Source: Octopus sinensis
Taxonomy: Eukaryota
Reading direction: 5' to 3'
DNA: 64,000 nt
Assembly (NCBI RefSeq): GCF_006345805.1
Contig: NC_043000.1
Span: forward strand, 145,204,001-145,268,000
Shown: positions 10,990 to 24,220 of the stretch, one piece after another
Layout of the letters: each line of letters begins with the position of its first letter
Numbering within the stretch: position 1 is the first letter of the stretch
The notes under the pieces: model-generated
What the model saw: only the letters and a program-made list of their open reading frames with translations
Database searches by the model: none
What the model was told of the DNA's origin: nothing
Made by a program: the position numbers and the translations under genes

Positions 10990-12147
10990 GATTTATTTTG
11001 AGCAAAAATTTAATAGAGCATCTTAAATATTTTATCATTCCTCTATAGTATCGTATTGAATACAAGATTAGAAAATGAAGGAGTGCATTTACATTGGTTC
11101 TATCAATGTGATGCAAGTGCTTGCAAAGGATTTATCAAATCGTTTATAATATTCATTTAGAATAAGGTCAACACTCAAATATTTAAAAATGTACTTTATG
11201 ACATTAACTACTTTTGACTTAGTGCATTTACTTTTCTATATGAGAAGTGTAATATATTGAAATGGCTAAAATATATTAGTAATACTCATCTGATAATATT
11301 TGAAGAACGATGTAGAAATATCTGACAGATGCATATAAAAATATGTATGGTATGAAATGTGTCCGCTATAAATTCTAACAGAATATCAGTAAAGAATAGT
11401 AATATAAATATATAATATATATTTATTGAATGTAATAATTCATATTCTGTATCGTCTTTTTGTCATTTTGTCGTACACCATAACAAAATTGTAATAATGA
11501 AATCTGAATTATTTTGAAACTGAAGGGAAAAAATTCAGTGCGAATTTCTAAAACAACGGTGGAGAAGTCCAACAGTAGTATCTATCGCTGTCAAATATGC
11601 TATTTATAAAGCAGAAAACAGAATGCGTTATATTCCTTTCTTTGTGTATCTGTGTGTGTGAGTGCGTGGGTGTACTTGCAAGCGTGTGTGTGCGCGCGCG
11701 TTTGTGTGTGTGTGTGTGCGTGTGTGCATTTTAGCATACCTTAGAATTTGTATTTAATGAATTTGATTTTAAGATTTCTGCTTAATAAATGCTTCAACAA
11801 CGAACATATGCTAATTATCTATACTTTCCGGCACTTTACGAACGAAATTTACTTTATATTAACCAAAATTGAAATAATTATACGTTACATACATTTTTCT
11901 ATTACTACCCTAATAACATACGCAATGATTTAAGCAGCACATTCGCTATATAGTGGAGTGGGGTAGGACTTTACTGTATCCTAGAACAAATCACCAAATT
12001 TGAAAGGTTTAATTCAAGGGCACTTCCATTCAAAAACCTTTTACAATATTTAAAAATAAAACCTTAATCGATTTTTCTCAATTTTTTCAATATCTACAGA
12101 TTTCAGTACATAGATTTCAGGAGTCAATTAATAATTAAACGTTACTT

Positions 12148-12294
12148 AAAGCGGCATGCTTACAGAAATGATACCATGCTGAGAGCAATGCTTAATGTCA
12201 TTCCTTCCATCCGTCTTTACGTTCTGAGTTCAAATTCCACCGAGGTCGACTTTGCCGGTCATCCTTTCCGGGTCGATAAATTAATTACCAGCTG

Positions 12295-12295
<1 letters not shown>
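12148..12295 (+). mobile_element. SINE family B, 5' part
   Basis: gttctgagttcaaattccaccgaggtcgactttgcc...ggtcgataaatt. Confidence 0.8.
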
Positions 12296-12329
<34 letters not shown>

Positions 12330-12429
12330 TATATATAATATATATATATATAACATTTATAAATTTAACCTTTATAGGTAATTTTTAATATGCTGGTCAT
12401 TGATAGAATTTTTTTCGAAAAATTCTATC

Positions 12430-12474
<45 letters not shown>

Positions 12475-12795
12475 ACAATTTAATAAATAAAACATATGCA
12501 TACATACATACGTATATGTACATATCTACATCTATATGTATATATATACATGCATATATGAGTACAGGACACCATGGATAAACGTAGAACACAACAGGAA
12601 ACGGAAACATAAAACCAAACGAGGAAACGGACTTTTTTTACAACGAAAAAACAGAGTACAAGACAAACAACACAAGGAACATTCCCCATCTTCAGCTGCC
12701 CGTACATATATGTATGTATGTATGCATATGTTTTATTTATTAAATTGTTATTATATGATTGAACGCACCCGTCGTTTTCTTCTTCTTCTAATTAA

Positions 12796-12826
<31 letters not shown>

Positions 12827-13673
12827 TCCTTAGGAGATGTAAACGTAATTGACTCACCAACTTTTCCTGCCACATTAAAATATGAAGAAAGATCATGCTG
12901 CAGTTTTTGAAGATAGGGGTCATTGTCTGAATCACGTTATCTTGCTCTTTGCTCAAATCAATGAAAGCTACATAATATTACCTATATTATCATTTACCGT
13001 GAAAGTAAGTTTCTGTGCATTGTAACCCGAGTTAGCCCATGAACGCGGACAATTGTTAATTTTTCCATCAAATTGAAACCACCACATACAGCTGAAAGAA
13101 TTTATTTAATGCACTACTCCATTAGAACTTAAATGAAAGCATCAGGGATTGAGGACGTTTGAAATATAGAATGGGGCAAACGTTGTGTATTAAATTAAAT
13201 TGTAGGAACATATTTCAAATCAGTAGTTTCTTCAAAAATCTCCGTCAAACAGCTCGTTCTCACTTCTATAAGCAATATTTTACTAAACACCATGTATATC
13301 TCATCAGTACGATATTCAATCTTTGTTCAGTTATACACTATGTTGTGTTCGCTACCAGATTGTCTCGTCCGATAAACGTTGATATCTCTCAAACAGCAAG
13401 TAAATAGTATGCCTAACGAAGTGAAACAAGATCGTGGGATCGATTAAGGTTGTAATTCAAAATAGGTTCTCTTTTTTTTTCGGGGAAAAAACTATCTACG
13501 TCACTGCATATACAATGTTAAGCTTTTCTTTAGTTATGCGATGGTTTGGCTCTGGGTCTAATGATAGAAGCATGTCAGAGGTATTAGTTTTCCATTCGGT
13601 CAATTTTGCAGTAGATTGTTTCTATTTACACCTCGACTCAAAATCTCACTCTCACTTCTTCTATCTCTCTTCT

Positions 13674-13726
<53 letters not shown>

Positions 13727-15793
13727 CTCTCCCTCTCTATTCTTCTCACTCAAATACCGAAGATGCACGGTGAATGAAGACCGTTTGCCAAATGCAAGTC
13801 ACACATATTAATTAAAACAAAGAACATACTTGGACGTGTTGTAAAATTGGTGTGAATTGTGTCGTCCCGTTTGACGAATAGCTGGCAAGAATATTCTGCA
13901 ACGTTCCCTATTACCTTTATCAATGACAGTGACCATAAAATGCATGTTCTAACACCTCTTGAATTGAACGTGCACATAGTCAAACAATATATGCATGATG
14001 TTCTTAATATAGTTTTTCATTCCTAATGACATTTTGGATGGAAGACATTTAGTGAAATGAGTATCCTAGTATCTAATGTAGATACGTGTAGTTCAAATAA
14101 ATTATTTTTGGCTTCAGCCATCGTTCAACACTTCTGTCTGCGCTTCGTTACGAACTAGCTCTTGCGAGAAAAACAAATTATTTAGGCTATTGTTGAATGA
14201 CAAAATGTACGATACTTAAGTTCAACAGCCAAAGAATATCCCTAATTAAAACGAAACCAAGTAATAGATGACATAATGAATCCTTTGGAACAGAAAACTG
14301 AAAGAGTTTATATTTTTGCAAAATATTATGACTTTCCATTTTAAGCGCAATGAAAATTGGATTGGAACACTAACGAGCAGCAAACAGTTAATAAATGTCA
14401 ACCATTAATGATATGAAGGAATATAAAGTACAACAGTTACATGATGCTAGTATAATAATGCCTGTAAATGTGACAGTAATACCGAAATTATCGAATCAAC
14501 AATTTAATAGTCAAATGTGATAACTTCAAGAAAAGATAGCATGGAGCCCATGACAAGTTTACGAACATTTTAATTCTTTTCAGTTTATTATTGTTTTATT
14601 TTATATTAAGAAAATTAAATTGATTTCTAGAATGTTTTAATGTTAGTAGTATACAACCAAAATCCGTTTGTCGAATAATCGTAACTGGAATTTCCTTTAA
14701 TTTAAACACACACCCAATAGACTAATCGCATGTTGAAATTCATTGTTTTGTTATTAACCTATCATTACTGCTCCAATATTACTAGATTATAATGCTACAA
14801 GATATTGTCATTTGCATTCTTGCATAAATGTGAGTAATTAAATTAAAAGAGAATTAGCACAATAAAGACTTCCCATTTATAAACAATTAAATAAATTGAA
14901 ATACTATGATGCAAATTGCATAGTAGCTTTGTTATCTTGTATACTCTAATCACTTCTGATTATTACTTGATAGGCTTCGTAATTAATTGACATTTGTTGA
15001 TAATGTGTATCTCAAAAGGAGAAATGGTACTATTCTTCCGTCTCTCTATTTGCTGACAAAGTACTACCAGTGAAAATTTGGTTGAAAGTATTTCGAATGT
15101 GAATTGCATATAAAGTGAGTTCTTTTTTTCCTCTCCCCACTGTTCAGTTATTCTTTTGATAGAGTACTCTTTGTTTACTTCTACTTTCCACAAAACTTTC
15201 GTATTCGTGGAAGTAGTTCCTTGGCTGAAATTTCAAACGGTGTAGCATATACCTTTGAATGGACGCAAAATTATTCCAAGGAGTATTCACGCCTGTTTAA
15301 AGCTAGTATCTTAATATCTAAGTGAAAAGAAGCGTCGGAAATAAAGATGTTACTTTTTCCGAGAAACTGAACGACATGCTAGGGCTTAATTTAAGCTCGT
15401 GATAGGTTATCCTCTACTATCACCCGCAAAATATTTCTACTACATACGCATATATCATACGATAGAATTTTATCTCTATTGACAGCGGGCATTGATAAAG
15501 ATTATTGGATAATAATTGATAATATACATAAACTAGAGTATAGCTTCTCAGTTCTACCCTGCAAATTTTTCTTTCCTTTAAGAGTTTATTAATATTTATA
15601 TTCTAATTATTTGGAAATGTTCAGTTTTTGAAAAATCAACATAAGTGGCATAGTAATACGAAAAATGTCAGCCAATGGATCTAAAAGCAGCTCGTAAATT
15701 CTTGCATTCTTTCTATATTGTTTTTTTTATATATATTGACTTTATCTCACGTTCAGCAAAACTGTATCAAATTTACGTTATTTTCCTTATTTA

Positions 15794-16100
15794 GGGCATA
15801 TGGCGTAGTGGTTAAGAGCACGGGCTAATATTCCGAGTTCGATTCCAGGCTGTGACCTGAGTAATAATAATAATAATAATAGTAATAATAATAATAATAC
15901 TAGTAATAATAATAATAATAATTACATCGAAAAATACATTAGGAATGAGATTCCAAATTCGAAATTTCCCCCAAGATACCTGATGATGGCTGGAGAGTAT
16001 ATCAGCCAAAAACATTGTATTAACAACAAGCAAGATGAGGGCAAGTATCCGTCAAAGGTAAATAATGTACCTAATTCCTCATCTCAGAAATATAGAACTG
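15794..16100 (+). mobile_element. tRNA-headed SINE-like element with (TAA)n linker and hammerhead-containing body
   Basis: A box tggcgtagtgg 15801-15811; B box gagttcgattcc 15835-15846; (TAA)n 15862-15922; hammerhead fold 15976-16020. Confidence 0.7.
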
Positions 16101-16949
16101 TATGTATCAAATTTGCATCACACACACGCACTAATGAACTTAATGAGCTAGGCATTACGTTAATGATTTAGGGATGCAAAACAGAATTAAAAATAATACT
16201 GGCACTTACAAGATATTTTCTTTTAATATGTAAGTGTTCAATGGGATTCAATGATGTTCACTCTGTAATTATCAATAAGATAAGGCACTTATTTGGAAAT
16301 GTTCAGTTTTTGAAAACATCAAATGTCCCAAACGTTCGGATGTATCTATACGTTTGTATAAAATTATCCAAAATATCAAATGTAAACCTCCTTAAAGAAA
16401 TACATTCTGTCCAAAGAAATTCAAGAAATTGAATCCTTATCAGTCAGTATGCATTTAAGATTTTTCTGAACAAAAGTGATTCGCACCTAAATTTGCCAAG
16501 AGAAATATATTGAATCTAGAATTCTGCATTTACAAATATTGCATTCATTTTATATATTCATAATTATATATATGATATAATGCGAGCCCAATATCTAGGA
16601 TGTCTGTTTCTTGCAAGGAATACATACAAGAGTGCTGATGATTAATATAAAATGGAACACCAGGTGCACAAATTAAATTACCTTGTAAAGCGTATAACAA
16701 AGTTATTAAACTTTCGCGAAGGCGTGGTTTTCAACTTTACATATTCTTTGTGACAGCATGGTCCTTCTCCATGATTTAAGTTTCGTTCATGTTCATCTAG
16801 AACGCACACAGATAATGTGCTTTACTTTAACAGACATATACAAATATATGTTTCATGAAAATGTGACAATGTATACCTACCATGTTGCACGGCTGTCTGG
16901 ATGTCGAACAGCTGACGTTACAGCTTATTTACATTTCGGCAATTCTATT

Positions 16950-17870
16950 TAACTAGCAGTACCCGCTTCAATTCCACGGTAAATACTTTGATTCATATTT
17001 TCCCTTCTACACGCTGCTGTTCCTATGCTTGTTCTAGTGATTCGATATTGCATCTCTTTACCTCCTTGCTTTTACCAACTCAAACTTTCTCTTGTTTCCT
17101 TCCATCAATTTCAGCACCACCAACTATTATAGTTTTTAGTAACAAAGTTCAGTCAAAGTTGTTTTCCAACGAAGATTATTTTCGATTTCATTACCAGTTC
17201 AGCCGTTTGTTTATATCTAATTTTATTTCTCTCGGTGTCTTTCTCAAGTCTGGCAATACAAAGTTCGTATAACAAATGAGAAAAACATAACGTCCTTAGA
17301 TATTTTGTAAGTTATTTTACTTTCATTGAAAAATCTATCTTTCTATCAATGCTAAATACATTCTGCTATCTAATATAAGTTTATTCTCATATCTAATATA
17401 TGTTTTCTATGTTATTTAATATAAGGCTTCTTTCCACATTCCAGCAATGCATATGTCGATAGGAATAAAAATTTTAATCGAGCACCTGTTCAAGATATAA
17501 AAATTTCAAAATAAAAATGTTATTTTCATGTCAGTCACAATAATGTATAATGTCTAACATTTCTCTGTGCTAAACACTATATATTTCTCGCTCTTTTTCT
17601 CTTTACTGCTTAGTTCAACTAAACTTTTAACCATGATATTCCCCATTTCACATCGTTATCTTTTCTCGCTTTCTACATCTCTTCACGTCTCACTTCCCCC
17701 AATCAGATTACAGCTTAACCTCTGTCACTTTCTCTCTACCTCTCGCTCTTAATAAAACTGTCCTCTACTCCCCCTCTATTTGCAGTTCTTTAACCTCATT
17801 ACCAGAACATAACCCCTCCTCTAAACTCTCTTTCTGTGCATCTCTCCACTCAAATAACATTTTAACCATG
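16950..17870 (+). mobile_element. Degenerate non-autonomous Helitron-like element
   Basis: Starts ttaactagcagtacccg, similar to the 1888 element; C/T-rich internal tracts. Confidence 0.35.
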
Positions 17871-18324
17871 TAATAATTATTACTGTTGGAAATATATGAC
17901 ATATGGATGAGTGCTATTTAACAAGGAAATTTTAACAATTAGACGAAGGTGCATAATCCACGATTTCAAGGCGAGTGCACAAACACACGCGTGTGCATAT
18001 GTCTGCGTGTATCTGTATATGTATAAGTGCGCGTGCGATGGTTTGTGTGTGTGTGTCTGTATGTATGTATGTTTGTATGAGTGTGCCTGTGTGTATATAC
18101 ATGTATGTATTGAGAAAAAAGTCGTCATAATTTTGGAAAATATCTTATTATTATTATTAGCGGGTTCGTTTCTTTCTCGAACTTGTCAAATAAAATGTGA
18201 ATGTACAAACAGCTTGTTCATTTATATAAAACAGATGTTTTCGGTGCGTTTTGTTTAGAAGAGAACATTGATGCTGTTTTTTTTCTTGTAGGGGTGAGGT
18301 TCCATGACAATGGAGAATGATAAC

Positions 18325-18419
<95 letters not shown>
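18325..18419. repeat. (GATA)n microsatellite
   Basis: Direct reading. Confidence 0.98.
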
Positions 18420-18525
18420 TCAGACAGATAGGGAGATAGGGAGAGGAGGACAGAGAAGGAGTACACCCCTATACTCAATTTACCAATCATTTATTTAGTT
18501 AGTCATTTAACATTGTATTGGAATG

Positions 18526-18705
18526 GGTTTAATGATGGTGATCCCTTCAAAAAGAAAGGTGTCATTTGGTTATCACTAAAAGACATTTTGCTTTCTTTCT
18601 TTCTTCCACTTTCCTTCTATTTTCCCTCTTTCTTTCTTTTTCTCCACTTTGAGTTATATTTAGAATACAATATGTACTGTCTCCTTTTCCGAAAATTCAA
18701 TTTTG

Positions 18706-18739
<34 letters not shown>

Positions 18740-18861
18740 ACTGAACGAGGAGGAAAAGAAAGAGGAGAAAAGAAGGAAAGCGGAAGAAAGAAAAAAGCAA
18801 AATGTCTTGCAATGATAACCAAACTGCACCTGTTTTTTTCTAAGAGGTCACCATCATTGAA

Positions 18862-18863
<2 letters not shown>
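18526..18863. repeat. Diverged ~110-bp inverted repeat pair
   Basis: ggtttaatgatggtga...agacattttgctttctttctttcttcc (18526-~18636) versus ggaagaaagaaaaaagcaaaatgtct...tcaccatcattgaacc (~18750-18863). Confidence 0.8.
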
Positions 18864-18895
<32 letters not shown>

Positions 18896-18899
<4 letters not shown>

Positions 18900-19040
18900 A
18901 GAATTCACAAACAAAACAGAAGACGAAGAGAAGTGGTATAGACAACAAACAGATGTATTAGTATTCGAGCATTCGCTCTTCGACAGAAAGATTGTACGTT
19001 TTCTACTGTGTAGCCAGAATACTTAGTTTGAGCGAAGTAG
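18896..19040 (-). mobile_element. Short PLE-derived repeat (P1-related), deleted
   Basis: Minus strand cttt-CTGTCGA-a-gagc-gaat-gctc-GAA, then jumps to tactaatacatctgtttgttg; ends at (TA)n. Confidence 0.5.
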
Positions 19041-19661
19041 ACTTACTGGTCTTATTTATTTAGAGATGAAATTTGTCCAAATATATATGTATAGTCGCTC
19101 GTACATTACAACAGAAACGAAAGAGTCACAATCGGTTCGCAAACGCGACGGTGGACACTTGGGAGTTTATGTGTAGTTTATTATAATTCAGAACGAGAAT
19201 ACTGTGCATTTATGCTTACGTTTTAACCTGGTTCCTGTAATTATGTCACTCTGCGAATATTTGTCCCATTCTCTCGGAATATTGCAAATTCCATACAAAT
19301 GAATTCATAAATTGAGGCAGCAAAGCGGACGTAAACACTCGCCGATATACACGCAAACATATCCACGCGCGCGAGTACACATACATGTATATGCACACAG
19401 AACCACAAACACAATCTTTGTTGAAGGAAAGACGTACTAATTCTCGTTTTCTATATATATCAAACACACAAATTCAACATAGCAATGTATTGCCACATTT
19501 GAAACAACACGTAAAACTTTAATACATGCATATGAAAATATCATATAAAATATATATACAGAGATAAATATAAAAATGTCAATCATAATCCATAACCGTC
19601 AGGTTCTAGGCGCCCTGATCAATATATAAGGGAAGTTTAAAGCTCTGTGTGCGTGAGTGTC

Positions 19662-19664
<3 letters not shown>

Positions 19665-19733
<69 letters not shown>

Positions 19734-19742
19734 TGTGTGTGT
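19665..19742. repeat. (GT)n microsatellite
   Basis: Direct reading. Confidence 0.98.
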
Positions 19743-21155
19743 GAATTTGGATATTATGTTGAATGTTTTAGAAATTTCATACACCTCACAATATTCAAAA
19801 TAAATACAGATTTAAATATGCAGAAGCATGAAAATTAACGAGCCTAATACACCGTCAGCACAGACAGGCAACACATATAATATTTCGCACTGACAAAGAA
19901 TTCCAAGATAAGATAAATACAAAAACAAGAGAAGATAATCAAGAAAAACATATAACTAAAATAGAAATCACAAATGCTTAATTTTGAATCTATTTTCAGT
20001 TTGGTTTAATTCTTTTTAATTTTTTGTTGTGTTTTGTTCTTTTGTGATTTTGCTTTCAGATTATTTTTTGCAAAGAGTCTGTTATCAAAATTCAGCAATC
20101 TAAAAGAAATGATGTGGTGTATGCCTATAATTTGGAATTTCGCTAACCTGCAATGGCAATTAGATTGAAGACCATTCACCAGAAAATACTTGGTTTCAGC
20201 AGGCAGCATACGATTATTTTATTCTATTTTCTCAAAGCCAGTCTGAAATTTAAATTTGATTTTTTAGACAATTCTAGTTCTCAGAGAATTTCGCTGAATA
20301 TTATAACGTTGCCCGTCAGTGTATTTCAATGTATATGTATGTATGTATTCATATATACACACATACATAAATACACATACATACATGGGCATTTATTTCT
20401 CCAAACAAGTATGTATGTCGTTGTATACCATATATACATGTATCAGCAATCTATCACTATTTCTCTCTCTCTCTCTCACTTTCTCTTTTATCTATATGTT
20501 TGAATGTGTCTGTGTATATGCAAGTACATATTCATGCATGCTCATAAGTCTGTGTGCATGTATGTATTACCCTATCTCTAGTTTACTTTACATGTTTAAC
20601 ATTTAACTATATTATATTTCTTCATTTTTGTAATATGCTTTGTACTTCTGTATTTAATAGCATCAGTATATTATATTTGTTTAACTGACAGTATATGTAA
20701 GCAATGTGTGTATATATATATATGCTTCCACATGTTTGCATGTATATATGGCCGCGGTTCCTATATGGTGTGTGCATGATTTGTATTACTATAATTTTTC
20801 CTTCAAATTTTTTATACAGTTTGAAGTATTTTTACTCTAAGGTATCCCTTTAACTTGATGTGAGCTTATTATATCCAATAACTCGGCTAATTATTGACTA
20901 TTAGTTTCCAAAAATTTAATATCAGTCTTATTTATTTATTAATATATTTCTATTTAGGTATATCTAGAAAGAAAATTGCTATTCGGTTATTATTAGACGT
21001 AATAGACAGAATGAAAGAAAGAAATTGAGTAATAAAAAGACGAGATTATATATTTTTTACAACAGCAATATTTTGGGATGCCATCAATTGAAATTAAATT
21101 TGAAAAGCACAAAATGAATGAACATTCATCCCAGATATGCTTTATATTTATATTC

Positions 21156-21360
21156 TTTTACTCTTTTAATTGTTTCATGCAGTTGACTGCGGCCATACTG
21201 GAGCACTACTTTTTGTCGAATAAATTGACCCCAGGACTTCTTCTTTGTAAGCCTTGTACTTATTTTATCGGCTCTTTTGCCGAACCGCTAAGTTACGGAG
21301 ACCTAAACACACCAGCATCGATTGTCAAGCGACGTTGGGGGGACAAACACAGACACAAAA

Positions 21361-21411
<51 letters not shown>

Positions 21412-21542
21412 CGACTGGCTACTTTCAGTTTCCATCTACCAAATCCACTCACAAGGCTTTGGTCGGCCCGAAGCTATAGTAGAAGACACTTACCCAAGGT
21501 GCCACGCAGTGGGATGGAACTCGGACCATGTGGCTGGTTAGC
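21156..21542 (-). mobile_element. SINE family A, nearly full length
   Basis: Aligns with 5458-5870. Confidence 0.88.
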
Positions 21543-21805
21543 ACACATATATATATATATATATACAATGCGTCCTTTCTATACAGTGCGTATGATGTAT
21601 TTTCTACATTAATTGTATTACAGTAGCTGCTATATTCTTCCACTACACTTATACTACCTAATTATTTTCCAAAAGCCTCCCTTGTATATTGTGCACTGGA
21701 ATTAAAAGTGTTCTTAGCTATCGTAGGATTATTTACTTACTTGCTTCAAAATTTAACACATATGCACAGGCAAACATTAACAAATCAAAAATACACACAC
21801 ACACG

Positions 21806-21881
<76 letters not shown>

Positions 21882-21950
21882 GGTCCCGGGTTGAGTCGGG
21901 GTTAACCACAGTAAATAAGGTACTCAATACATAGCAGAGTAAATTAATTT

Positions 21951-22073
21951 ATTATATAGAAGGAGCTTCTACAGGACTAGAACTGTTAAATTCGAAAGAA
22001 ATCATCAGGAGCTTCCTGATGATTTCTTTTGAATGAAACAGTTCTAGTCCTGTAGAAGTTCCTTCTATATAAT
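21951..22073. repeat. ~60-bp-arm fold-back palindrome with a 3-nt loop
   Basis: attatatagaaggagcttctacaggactagaactgtt...tcatcagga [gct] tcctgatga...aacagttctagtcctgtagaagttccttctatataat. Confidence 0.92.
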
Positions 22074-22086
22074 ATATATATATAAT

Positions 22087-22370
22087 AGGGTGTAAAATTG
22101 ATTAATCAATTAATAATTTTACCAAGTAGTTCGGTATGTTAAAAGAACCATTATCGGTAAACTTATTCAAAAATTCTATAATCATGAGCATAATTATAAT
22201 TAGGGTCAGCAAAATTTGCTTCACCACATACAGAAATTTAGAAATAGCAATTAAAATACTATTCCACTACCATAAACTATCTCCCAGACAGCAGTACTTT
22301 ACAACTCACGCAAATAAAGAGAAAACATAACGAATCCATCCGACTTTGATTAACTATATATACGTTTCGG
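22087..22370 (-). mobile_element. Diverged relative of the 45.6-46.8 kb hammerhead element
   Basis: agggtgtaaaattgattaatcaatt...ccaagtagttcggtatgttaaaagaacc...ataattagggtcagc...ccacatacag..tagaaatagca resembles the reverse complement of 46111-46267. Confidence 0.6.
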
Positions 22371-22420
22371 CGTTAAAGAGATGTAAAAAGATGTACTCTA
22401 CGAAACATTGAGGGAATGTT

Positions 22421-24010
22421 ACCGGTTCACCAGTCCTTGCTCGTTTTGAACTTTTACCTTCAGACAATCTCAAGGATGGGAAAGCCGAATTCGACTACAG
22501 GCTGCAGCTGGGGCTTATTCATCCCTGAACTAGAGCATGGTCTTCACCTCTTCATTTGGTTCAAGAAAGATCTGCTCTTTTTCGTCCAGTCGGGGGCTAT
22601 AACATGTTAAATGTTATTACGATCCCGGATAGATACCCTATTTCTCATGCAGGATTTTTCTTCTACCTTTCATGAGTACACAGCTTTTTCCAGGTGTGAC
22701 CTCGTCTGGGCGTATCATCAATTTCCTCGCAACCCAGACGATATACCAACAGTTGGTGTCACTACACCTTTTGGTTCGTTTGAATGTCTCTCCATGTGTT
22801 TTTTGTTTGCGGGATACAACTAGTAGTCCAAAGTTTATAGACAAAAAGGAGGAACATATTCAGCATCTAACACTGGTTTTTCACCGCCTCAGTTATTACC
22901 GAGTGAAGAATAACACTGCCAAGTAAGTATTTGGTTCTTCGTATTTGACCGCCACTTACCACTTCCAATGGTCTTACCGCTTCCACATCCACTTACCGCT
23001 TCCACTGCTCTTAAGCAGATTCGCCGTTTCCTAAGTATGGTAAATTTTACCGATGTTTTATCACACACTGCGCGAAAAGATTGGTCCCTGTCACTATTCA
23101 TTTGAAGGATCGCAAGGAAAAAGATTGAGGTTATCTCCCCTTCACCATCACTTACCGAGAATTTCCAAACTATCAAAAATAAACTTGCTAAAGTATCGTT
23201 ATTGGCACACTCCAAATCTAATGCAAAGCTTTTGGCTGGTTGTTGATGTATTTGATTCAGCTGTTGATTCAGTATTTCTGTAATCTTATCAAGGAAATCT
23301 GCAGCCTTTGGCATTGTATACTCGCCAGCTCAACAGTGACACGCTATAGCACTTTCGGTAGAGAACTTTTAGTGATTTCCTTGGCTGTCAAATATTTATT
23401 TTTTAAATATTTTCTCGAGGGAAGATATTTTACTATCTTTACAGATCATAAACCTCTTACTATTGTCTTACGTTTAAAGTCGGATTAATATTCGCTACAG
23501 AATATTCTAGAATAAGTTGCAACTTCCGGTAGTATTACCGACAGGTGGCATTACCGCCGGCCAACTATAGATAGTCACGTACCATGTAATTCTCTTTCTT
23601 TGCCCGGCTCTTTCTGGCACTTTCTCTCTTATGCTTAGGTTTTCGCCTATCTCTAGGCCCCTGGACATGTGCAGTCACACACAGCTAAACTGATGTCTTT
23701 CAATTAAAACACAAACACACCTAAAAGAAAACCTACATGCCGACTTCATCTTATGTACATAGATTACAAACTTAATACGCGGAAATTCCACCGAAGTCTT
23801 CTCCACATCAGTCTGTTCCTGCTGCTGTTCCAGCAGACATTGATACATGGACTCATGTGTTTCTTATAGATAACCCTGTGAGCGGTCCTCTCACACAACT
23901 ATAAAATAACCTTATCGTGTTCTCGGAAAATCAGTCATACTCTTCACTAATGACATTCATGGTAGAAGAGAAGCTTTACCCTGTCTATAGACAGAGTAAA
24001 GCGCGCTTTT
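22421..24010 (+). mobile_element. Ty3/Gypsy pol relic (RT, RNase H, integrase C-terminal pieces)
   Basis: AEFDYRLQLGLIHP*TRAWSSPLHLV; PDRYPI..QDFSSTFHEYTAFSRCDLVWAYHQ...TTPFG; YSTFGRELL...FTIFTDHKPL; many stops and frameshifts. Confidence 0.9.
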
Positions 24011-24069
24011 TCTCAGGACCTCACCCCAGAGCCAAATAACGCCTTCACTGAATATGTATGGATGGGCAT

Positions 24070-24220
24070 TTTACAGTTTTCGTCTACGAAACGCACCTGC
24101 ATAGATTTAGTCGGCCAAAGGCTATAGTAGAAGACAGTTACCCATGGTGCCACGCAGTGGGATAGAACCCGGAATCATGTGGTTGGGAAACAAACTTCAT
24201 ACCATACAGCCACGCTTGTG
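24070..24220 (-). mobile_element. SINE family A, 5' half
   Basis: gtcggccaaaggctatagtagaagac...gtgccacgcagtgggatagaacccggaatcatgtggttgg. Confidence 0.8.

Noticed and set aside
15794-15860. tRNA gene
   Set aside because: A and B boxes are present but no complete cloverleaf or acceptor stem; treated as a SINE head
16632-16670. CTGATGA with gtg/cac flanks as a hammerhead
   Set aside because: No stem II; GGAA instead of GAAA; no valid NUH triplet
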